From contig CANQBG010000004.1 in NCBI GenBank assembly GCA_947588985.1, positions 1,667 through 65,666 of the forward strand: DNA of 64,000 nucleotides. Direction: 5' to 3'. The translations under genes were made by a program, and so were the position numbers. The stretch is from an uncultured Clostridia bacterium (lineage in GTDB: Bacteria; Bacillota; Clostridia; Christensenellales; Borkfalkiaceae). The notes below the pieces were generated by a model. That model worked only from the letters and a program-made list of their open reading frames with translations. It did no database searches and was not told the origin of the DNA. Positions 9,809-17,004 of this stretch are shown piece after piece. The first letter of the stretch is position 1, and every line of letters begins with the position of its first letter.

Positions 9809-12406
9809 TTAAGATTTTTCTTTATATCCCCAAACCACGGGCCGGCCCGAGTTCCAATCGTTGTCCCATCCCTTCGGCTGTTCTTTTGCTTCACAATAAA
9901 TCGTCAAGTTGCTGCAACCATCGAACGCCCAACTCCCAATTGAAGTCACGCTGTCGGGAATGGTAATGGAAGTCAACCCGCTGCAACCATCGAACGCCCA
10001 ACTCCCAATCGAGGTCACGCCGTCGGGAATGGTAATGGAAGTCAATCCACTACAACCGCTGAACGCATTCCAGCTAATCGAAGTCACGCTGTTAGGGATG
10101 GTAATGGAAGTCAATCCGCCACAACCATAGAGCGCATAACTTTCAATCGAGGTCACGCCGAGAGGAATCTTGATATTCTTACAACCCAAAATCAAGGCAT
10201 TCGAATCCCTTTCAATGATACAATTTCCTTCACTACGATAGACAGCATTCCCCTCCGCTACTTCAATATGTTCGAGTCCAATACATCCGCGAAACGCATA
10301 ATTCCCAATCGATGTCACGCCGTCGGGAATGGTAATGGAAGTCAATCCACTACAATCCTCGAACGCATAACTTCCAATCGATGTCACACTGTCCGGAATG
10401 GTAATGGAGGGCAACCCGCTGCAATCCTGGAACGCATCATTCCCAATCGATGTCACACTGTCCGGAATGGTAATTGAGGTCAAAGCACTACAATTATAGA
10501 ACGCAGAATTCCCAATTGAGGTGCCTCCTGTGATGATGACTTCTTTCAGCGATGCCGGAACAAATCTATAGTTAGAGGAATTATACTCTGCGCCGAAAAT
10601 GTAGCCGAAATGCGTATTTTCGGAACCCTCGTTCGAAGCGCCCACAAACGGAATCGTGATCCTCACAAGCGAACTACAATCCTCGAACACACCGCCTCCA
10701 ATCGAGGTCACGCTATCGGGAATAAATACCGATTGTAGGCGTAATGAATCAACGTCTTTTCCCCGACCGACGGCTGTAACAGGCTCCCCGCGGTATTCAG
10801 AAGGAATCTCCAAGTATTCCGTCATTTTGTTGCAAATAACGTAAGTATATGTTCCGTCCGCATTTTCCGTGTAATAATCCAACTTTACGAAATTCGGGAA
10901 GGTGCTCACCCCCCCTGTCATGATTGCATAGACAAAAAATAAGCTACCCGAGCAAACAAGGAGAAAACGCGGTATGCATTTTCCTTTATGCTTTATAAGC
11001 CCCCATATTATGAGCCCTAAATACGCAACAAGTGCAATAACAAATCCTAAAATTATCCACCACTTCCAATCGCCCACCGCTTGATAGACAAAAATCCATT
11101 CTGATAAAAAAATTCCGACATCAACTGAGGCCGCGCCTTGCCAATCGACGCCAAACCCTTCGAAATTTGGGTTTTTACTAACAAAGGATAGCACTATCCA
11201 CAATGCGGCTAACCCCAAAACAGCCAAGCAATTTAGCCCGTAAATGATCGTGAACAACCAACCCGTATAATCATCAAACGACTTAACAGGAAGATAAAAA
11301 TCCAAAATCATAACCGCAATGGAGAGGGCAATCGGAAGAATCAGTACAGTATATATTCCGATTTGTTGTAAAACCGGAATGGCACGTTTAAGACGTTCAC
11401 GGCGTTTTTCTTTCCTTTTTTGCCTATGTAGTTTTTTGTCATCGCTTTCCGCGACGGAAATTTCTATGGCTCTTAAGCGCTTTTCCTTCTCCTCGCTCAA
11501 ATATTCGTCGTATTGAGTTTTATATTCTCTGTAATCATCATCTATTAGAGTACCGCTTTGTCCCCTGTATCTCTCAATCGCTTCAATATATTTTTTGATT
11601 TCTGACCCGCGAAATTTCGTGAAATTTTTTGAGGCAATTCGCAAAAGTCCGACATAACCGTTTGCATCCTTCGGGTTGGAATCAAGCGCCTTGTTGAAAA
11701 TTTGCTTGGCCTTTCGCAAGGCGTTCTTTTTCCGAGGATGCGCCGGAGCGCCGCACAATCTTATTGCTTCTTTGATCTCTTTTTCGTATTCTTCTTCGGG
11801 AGTGATAAGACTTTTGGCTTCAGCAATGGAAATGCCGTAGGTACTATGAAATTTCTTCTTTTGTACCCAGTTGCAAATTCCGGCAACGGCGGCAACTACA
11901 AGAGTAACGATCTCCGCTCCACCTGTACAATAAAAGCCGATTCCATCGTAATCCATCCCAAAATACATCGCGACGGGACTAAGCAAAAGTATAAATATCG
12001 CGGATATGATTGCCGTCCACTTTGAAATGGTTTCTCCGTCGATTGCCTTTTGGGCGGCGTCTCCATTCCGCTTCAAACACTCCCTGATCTCCCGCAAATG
12101 CTCCATCTCGCGATCATGCCATGTTTGGACCTCGGCGCATATCGCGGCAAACCTGTTGTCTACTGTTCTTTCTTTGCCATCTTTGTTTTCTCCTCTCAGC
12201 GTATCGAATCTGAGAAACGACTCTAATTCGGTTTTATCCGTCAGACCTTCCAAACTGCTTAATCCTTCAAGCGTACAATCGTTAAATCCGCGAAGGAGCG
12301 CCTCTATACGATCGTAATATTTTTCGTATATTTGAGGATAGTCGGACTTCCACCTACTATCCTTAAGCATCTGCAAAAATTTTCCTGCCTTAATTGCGTT
12401 CTTCAT
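9809..12406 (-). CDS. polytopic membrane protein with C-terminal BspA-type leucine-rich repeat domain
   Basis: 865 aa. A helical N-domain is followed by a TM hairpin (aa ~130-180), a basic coiled coil and about 6 further TM helices (aa ~345-520). About 13 LRR units follow (ITIPDSVTSIGSWAFDGCSGLTS), ending in LTIYCEAKEQP...PVVWG. Confidence 0.8.
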   Translation of the reverse strand: MKNAIKAGKFLQMLKDSRWKSDYPQIYEKYYDRIEALLRGFNDCTLEGLSSLEGLTDKTELESFLRFDTLRGENKDGKERTVDNRFAAICAEVQTWHDREMEHLREIRECLKRNGDAAQKAIDGETISKWTAIISAIFILLLSPVAMYFGMDYDGIGFYCTGGAEIVTLVVAAVAGICNWVQKKKFHSTYGISIAEAKSLITPEEEYEKEIKEAIRLCGAPAHPRKKNALRKAKQIFNKALDSNPKDANGYVGLLRIASKNFTKFRGSEIKKYIEAIERYRGQSGTLIDDDYREYKTQYDEYLSEEKEKRLRAIEISVAESDDKKLHRQKRKEKRRERLKRAIPVLQQIGIYTVLILPIALSIAVMILDFYLPVKSFDDYTGWLFTIIYGLNCLAVLGLAALWIVLSFVSKNPNFEGFGVDWQGAASVDVGIFLSEWIFVYQAVGDWKWWIILGFVIALVAYLGLIIWGLIKHKGKCIPRFLLVCSGSLFFVYAIMTGGVSTFPNFVKLDYYTENADGTYTYVICNKMTEYLEIPSEYRGEPVTAVGRGKDVDSLRLQSVFIPDSVTSIGGGVFEDCSSLVRITIPFVGASNEGSENTHFGYIFGAEYNSSNYRFVPASLKEVIITGGTSIGNSAFYNCSALTSITIPDSVTSIGNDAFQDCSGLPSITIPDSVTSIGSYAFEDCSGLTSITIPDGVTSIGNYAFRGCIGLEHIEVAEGNAVYRSEGNCIIERDSNALILGCKNIKIPLGVTSIESYALYGCGGLTSITIPNSVTSISWNAFSGCSGLTSITIPDGVTSIGSWAFDGCSGLTSITIPDSVTSIGSWAFDGCSNLTIYCEAKEQPKGWDNDWNSGRPVVWGYKEKS

Positions 12407-12426
12407 TCACCACCACGCTCCTCTCC

Positions 12427-13449
12427 TCACAATTCGATATCATTGCTTTCGCACCACTTCTTGAGCAGTTCCTCAATCGCATCCATCGGCGTGGCGTTGG
12501 CATAGCCTTCGGCAGAAACGTTGTTCACGGCGACGGTCTTTGATTTGTTGATACCGATACACTCGCCCAGCCTGTTGAGGACGGGCCCGCCCGAATCGCC
12601 CGGATTGGACGGCGCGGTATAGACCAAATTCCCCTCGTCGTTTTGTGTGAAGCGAACAACGCCCGCAAAGGGAGCAAGGCCCATCCCGAAGGCATTGCCG
12701 ATTACAAGGCAATCCGCGCCTTGCAACACCTGCGAATAATCGGGTACGCGCTTTATAACTGTAAATTCACCCACCTCGGCGGGATCAAAGCTGCAAAGCG
12801 CAACATCCGCTTTCTTGTCGGAGAACAAAATATTTATCTTATAGCTCTTTTTCTCCCCCAAAAAGGACATTTTTGCTTTCGGATAATAGCATTGCGTTTT
12901 CTCATTGAACACAACATGGTCGTTGGTAAGGAGATATCCGTTTTTAGAAATAATGAAGCCCGTCCCTGTCGCGCCGACGCGAGAATCGGAAACAGAGATT
13001 GCAACAACGGATCGCTTGCTTTTTTCAAACAGCTCGGCACACCAACCTTGCGTTTTGGCGGATTCGTCTATCAGTCCCGCGATATCAATTTCATCGCTCG
13101 GCGGGGAAGGTTGCGCAGGTTGATCGGCGCTCGACGGTTTTTTGGGTTCCTGCTCAGCAGGCTTTTTCACCACTTTCGGCAAATTTTGTTCTTGTTTTGT
13201 CGGAAGCCCGAAACATTTCAAAACAAAATCGGTGATGCCCTTTGTCCGAAGCTCTTTTGATACCGCGATCCATTTATCTAAAAAAGCCTGCGTCTTTGCT
13301 TTGATGAGAATGGTTTTCGCCTGATTATATGTTTCAACCGCATAATTCAAAATGGCGAGAACATATGCTCTCGCCGCTTTGGGGTTATTTTGTTTGATAA
13401 GCTCCCTTGCGTTCGAGTAGTAGGTAGCTATCTTATCCCGATCGTTCAC
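12427..13449 (-). CDS. trypsin-like serine protease (S1/HtrA-like core, no PDZ) with N-terminal MIT-like helical domain
   Basis: GTG start directly after the upstream stop, with AAGGAG 8 nt upstream. Catalytic triad context: LTNDHVV, ADVALC, GDSGGPV. The N-terminal ~85 aa helical domain is followed by a Pro/Lys-rich linker. Confidence 0.8.
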   Translation of the reverse strand: MNDRDKIATYYSNARELIKQNNPKAARAYVLAILNYAVETYNQAKTILIKAKTQAFLDKWIAVSKELRTKGITDFVLKCFGLPTKQEQNLPKVVKKPAEQEPKKPSSADQPAQPSPPSDEIDIAGLIDESAKTQGWCAELFEKSKRSVVAISVSDSRVGATGTGFIISKNGYLLTNDHVVFNEKTQCYYPKAKMSFLGEKKSYKINILFSDKKADVALCSFDPAEVGEFTVIKRVPDYSQVLQGADCLVIGNAFGMGLAPFAGVVRFTQNDEGNLVYTAPSNPGDSGGPVLNRLGECIGINKSKTVAVNNVSAEGYANATPMDAIEELLKKWCESNDIEL

Positions 13450-14643
13450 TCATTTGCTCCTTTTAAGTCTCAAAAGTAACTCCTCGTAGGATATTCCCAT
13501 ATCATACGCCTTAAATCTCAACAACATCTCGTTCGTTACGCCGTTGATATAGTATTTAATTACCTTGTCGCAATCTGCAAGAGTTATCATCTCGCCTTGC
13601 TCGCGCCCCTTCTTCATAATGTTAAGAATTTCGCGCCTTAAAGGTTCATTCGCGATTTGCTTCATGATCGCCCTGATATCGGCACCCGCATATCCTTCTA
13701 ACCTTTGCGCGAGATATTCGACAGTGACGTCCGGCGCATGGGGCAAGTGAGCGAGGTCAAGTGCAACAAATTTTTCTCGGGCATCCGCATCGGGAAGCGG
13801 AACGTAAATTTGCGTTTCGAACCTTCCGCCCCGTTTGAGTGCGGGATCGAGTTTCCACGGCAAATTCGTTGCCGCTACAATGATCCGAAGTTGATTGGGC
13901 TTTTGGGTTTTCATAAAGCCGTCCATGCAAGTCAACATGGTGGTCAGTATGGATTTTGTATGCCTCGAATCATCGCTGCTCCGATCTGAACAGATACTAT
14001 CGATTTCGTCGAGAAAGATGATGCATCTGTCAAGCTCTGCCGCCTGCGCAAAGATGTCCCGCATATTCTTTTCGGCAACACCTACGACGCTTGCCAAAAC
14101 TTCGCTTGTTTGGACAACGGCTATCTTGCAGTTCAATGCCCCTGCAAGACACTTTACGATGTGCGTCTTCCCTGTCCCGGGAGGCCCGTATAACAGGATT
14201 TGCGTTCCGAGTTGATTCCCTCTGAACTTATGATACACAGTCTGGAATTCGGGCCTCAAGGGAGCGACGACGTCCACCATAAAGGCATCCTTGACTTCTT
14301 GGACGCCGATGATGTTCGTAAAATTAAGTTTCGGCACTTCGTCCGAAAACCACTTCCTCTCGGAATAATAGGGGTCAACGCCACCTTCCCCGTCACTCGA
14401 ACAAGCAACGGAGAGAGGCGGCTGCTTTGCGTAGCGAACAAGGTGACTGATTACGACGGAACATTGTTTGCGATAGGCATCTTTTGTCGTCGTGCTTACG
14501 TTTGGATTGGAACATTGCTCCATGGCCATATGAAGCATTTCGGCGCCAACCTCACAAATGGCATCTATGTCTCCTGCAGCCACTGCTTCATTAAAGGTGC
14601 CTATCTTACTATTGAAGACACTAATCATGCTCGCTTCTGCCAT
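13450..14643 (-). CDS. Vps4/CdvC-like meiotic-clade AAA+ ATPase with N-terminal helical (MIT-like) domain
   Basis: Walker A LLYGPPGTGKT and Walker B IIFLDEIDS. AATNLPWKLDPALKRGGRFETQIYVPLPD matches my recollection of Vps4 (ATNIPWQLDxAxRRRFExRIYIPLPD). The lid reads LEGYAGADIRAI. Single AAA cassette, 397 aa. Confidence 0.75.
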   Translation of the reverse strand: MAEASMISVFNSKIGTFNEAVAAGDIDAICEVGAEMLHMAMEQCSNPNVSTTTKDAYRKQCSVVISHLVRYAKQPPLSVACSSDGEGGVDPYYSERKWFSDEVPKLNFTNIIGVQEVKDAFMVDVVAPLRPEFQTVYHKFRGNQLGTQILLYGPPGTGKTHIVKCLAGALNCKIAVVQTSEVLASVVGVAEKNMRDIFAQAAELDRCIIFLDEIDSICSDRSSDDSRHTKSILTTMLTCMDGFMKTQKPNQLRIIVAATNLPWKLDPALKRGGRFETQIYVPLPDADAREKFVALDLAHLPHAPDVTVEYLAQRLEGYAGADIRAIMKQIANEPLRREILNIMKKGREQGEMITLADCDKVIKYYINGVTNEMLLRFKAYDMGISYEELLLRLKRSK

Positions 14644-14657
14644 AATTGTATGTTACC

Positions 14658-15281
14658 TTAGTCCTTTTTTCCGTTCTCTTCGGCAACGATCCCCGCATAG
14701 TCGATGTCGCCGGTTGCGGTTGCGTCTGCGCCTTCAGGCTTAGAAACGGCTTCGGGAGTAATTTTCCCCTTCACGCGCTCTATCATGGCCGCATACTCAG
14801 CTTTGAATTGATCGGATTGCTCAATCTCATCCGCCGTAGTTCCATCCAAACGGCTCGAAATGCTCTCAACCGGCTTGGGATCGAGAATTTCATTCAGCTT
14901 TGCAAGTTCCGCTTCGGATTTGTTGATGTCTTTGAAAATTGCCGTGATGCTCTTCCCAAGTTTGGTAAAATCGGGCGATTCTGCCAACAGGCCTTTGCAA
15001 CCCGCAATTGCCGCAGGGAGTTTCCCGAGTTCCGAAATCGCCAGTGCCGTGTATGCCCCGAGTTCAATGTTGCTCTTGAGCGTTTTGAGTTGTTCGATAA
15101 GCGCATATACGCGAATCTTCTGCTTGATCAGTTGTTTGGCTCTCGCATCGTCGCTACGCAATGCGGCTTCGTCGATATAGACATCATACTTTGCTCCAAA
15201 CTTTTGAAGATTGCGAACGGACTTATCGAGTGCATCCAATGCCGCAATGATTTTTTGGTCATTTGTTTGTTTCTTAGCCAT
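14658..15281 (-). CDS. Snf7/ESCRT-III-like helical protein (candidate)
   Basis: 207 aa with a basic N-terminus (MAKKQTNDQK) and predicted long helices (ARAKQLIKQKIRVYALIEQLKTLKSNIELGAYTA; ISELGKLPAAIAGCKGLL; FTKLGKSITAIFKDINKSEAELAKLNEIL). The tail is acidic. Size, charge polarity and helix pattern resemble CdvB/Snf7. It lies immediately upstream of the Vps4-like gene. Assignment is by eye only. Confidence 0.5.
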   Translation of the reverse strand: MAKKQTNDQKIIAALDALDKSVRNLQKFGAKYDVYIDEAALRSDDARAKQLIKQKIRVYALIEQLKTLKSNIELGAYTALAISELGKLPAAIAGCKGLLAESPDFTKLGKSITAIFKDINKSEAELAKLNEILDPKPVESISSRLDGTTADEIEQSDQFKAEYAAMIERVKGKITPEAVSKPEGADATATGDIDYAGIVAEENGKKD

Positions 15282-15332
15282 AATATTTATCTCCTTATTA
15301 TTTTTTTACATATTTGAATCCAATCTGCCGGT

Positions 15333-15809
15333 CTACTTCCTGTCTGGAATTGCCGCTTCCGCGGCACGAATCAATTCTTCGATTGCCTCACTTTCCATCT
15401 CGTCGCAAAGCTCGCGCACCAGTTCGATCCCCATTTTTTTTAATTCGGGCAAATGCCGCATGTCCTTTGCCGCCATCATTAAAGCGCCTTCATGGATGGC
15501 TTTCCAAACCTTTTTATAATCGCCCGAACGGATAGCCATTTGTGCTGCACCGATTGCCGCATTGAAAATGTCGATTATGGCGGAAAATTTTTCGATGTTC
15601 TGCCGGGCCGTCATATCATCTGCTGCTTCTCTTGCGGCCTTTAGTCGGAGACTATACAAATTGACGATATCTTCCAAGAGATAAAATTCAACAAAAGCCT
15701 CCCTGTCGATGAGCGAAACCCGTATCTGCTGATATATCGGACTTTTTTTCAACATGCAATTTGCCTGTACAACACGTGCTCTATGCGAGCGAATTATGCT
15801 TTTCGCCAT
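15333..15809 (-). CDS. hypothetical helical protein, paralogue B (conserved C-terminal tail IRAAEAAIPDRK)
   Basis: ORF 15333..15887 trimmed to Met27 (MAKSIIRSH). Clearly paralogous to the upstream gene (IDREAFVEFYLLEDIV, NIEKFSAII.IFNAAIGAA, SGDYKKVWKAIHEGALM). Confidence 0.7.
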   Translation of the reverse strand: MAKSIIRSHRARVVQANCMLKKSPIYQQIRVSLIDREAFVEFYLLEDIVNLYSLRLKAAREAADDMTARQNIEKFSAIIDIFNAAIGAAQMAIRSGDYKKVWKAIHEGALMMAAKDMRHLPELKKMGIELVRELCDEMESEAIEELIRAAEAAIPDRK

Positions 15810-15825
15810 AAAATCCGTCTCGGTT

Positions 15826-16440
15826 TTAGGTATTCGGATCCATTCTGCTGGTCTTCTTCCTGTCGGGAATCGCCGCTTCCGCGGCACGGATCACTTCTTC
15901 GATTTCATCCATGGTAGGAGGAAGATCTTTTACCCTGCGCACGTTTTCCTCATGCGCATCCAAATCGTCCAAATCTTCATCCAATTCATGACTAATGTCT
16001 ACCGCAGTCATCATGTCTTCGGACAGCTCACGCAACAGCTCTATTGCTAAGCTCTTTAATTCGGGCAAATTTTTGACACTACTCGCCGCCGCCATCAAAG
16101 CGCCTTCATGGATGGCTTTCCAAACCTTTTTATAATCGCCCGAATTGATAGCTGATCTCGCTGCCCCGATTGCCGCGTTGAAAATGTTGATGATGGCAGA
16201 AAATTTTTCGATATTCTGCTTCCTGCCTTTTTCATCGGCGCGGCCCTGAGGGACATATGCCTTTTCTTCTCCCAGGCGGATATTGTATAACTTAACAATA
16301 TCCTCCAATAAGTAAAACTCGACAAAAGCCTCTCGGTCGATGATTGAAATACGCTCTCTACTAAATTTCGGATGTTTTTTCAGCGTTTCATTTGCCTGCT
16401 TCACCCGAGCCATGTGTGAACGGATTGTTTTTTCTCCCAT
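15826..16440 (-). CDS. hypothetical helical protein, paralogue A (acidic C-region plus tail IRAAEAAIPDRK)
   Basis: 204 aa with a GGAGG RBS. First gene downstream of a consensus promoter. Basic N-terminus and an acidic C-terminal third (ELDEDLDDLDAHEE). Confidence 0.7.
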   Translation of the reverse strand: MGEKTIRSHMARVKQANETLKKHPKFSRERISIIDREAFVEFYLLEDIVKLYNIRLGEEKAYVPQGRADEKGRKQNIEKFSAIINIFNAAIGAARSAINSGDYKKVWKAIHEGALMAAASSVKNLPELKSLAIELLRELSEDMMTAVDISHELDEDLDDLDAHEENVRRVKDLPPTMDEIEEVIRAAEAAIPDRKKTSRMDPNT

Positions 16441-16543
16441 AAATGTTTCCTCCGAATTATATGGATGTTATTTTTGTCGAAAACTATGAATGTACCAACA
16501 GCCAAAAGAGTCGGCCGAAGAATACTACATTTTACATAATTTT

Positions 16544-16572
16544 TCTGTTTATCATTATAAACCGTTTCCTTA
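16544..16572 (-). promoter_or_regulatory. consensus sigma-A promoter of the ESCRT-like operon
   Basis: On the minus strand: TTGACA, a 17-nt spacer (TAATTAAGGAAACGGTT), then TATAAT, about 100 nt upstream of the ATG at 16440. Confidence 0.6.
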
Positions 16573-16690
16573 ATTATGTCAACTGTTATCCGCTATATTT
16601 CCCTCAAAAAGCCGAAAAAATCTTCTCTTTCGTCCATTTCCGCATCCCTCCTTGTTTGATGTCATTATAATCCATCCTGATTGCAAGTTA

Positions 16691-16936
16691 TCAGTTCTTT
16701 TTCCGCCCTTCCAGCAAGTCGTAATATTCCTCGAATATATCGAGTGCCGCAAGCTCATCCGTTTCGATTTTGAGATATGGCGGCCCTTGGGGCGGTTCTC
16801 CCACATAAAAGACCATCGCCTCATCATCGGCAACCCCCTCCATCGGAGTAATGGGTTTCAAGACGCAATACAGTTTCTCGTCGTGTGGGATGACCGCCAC
16901 CTGTTCAAAAAGAATTTCGTGGCCATGTTCATCCAC
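16691..16936 (-). CDS. DUF1292 family protein (N-terminus apparently frameshifted; see finding)
   Basis: VDEHGHEILFEQVAVIPHDEKLYCVLKPI...YLKIETDELAALDIFEEYYDLL fits the DUF1292 pattern (compare B. subtilis YrzB). The ORF starts at GTG. A much better RBS+ATG lies at 16992 in another frame. Confidence 0.65.
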   Translation of the reverse strand: MDEHGHEILFEQVAVIPHDEKLYCVLKPITPMEGVADDEAMVFYVGEPPQGPPYLKIETDELAALDIFEEYYDLLEGRKKN

Positions 16937-17004
16937 AAGACGGATCGGATCACGGTGTCTGCATCAAGCAACACATCGATAATGGTTTCCATAGCGTAAC
17001 CTCC

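Noticed and set aside
16579-16833. 84-aa minus-strand ORF overlapping the DUF1292 gene and the intergenic gap
   Set aside because: It is out of frame with the recognisable DUF1292 sequence, and it has no RBS and no family resemblance.
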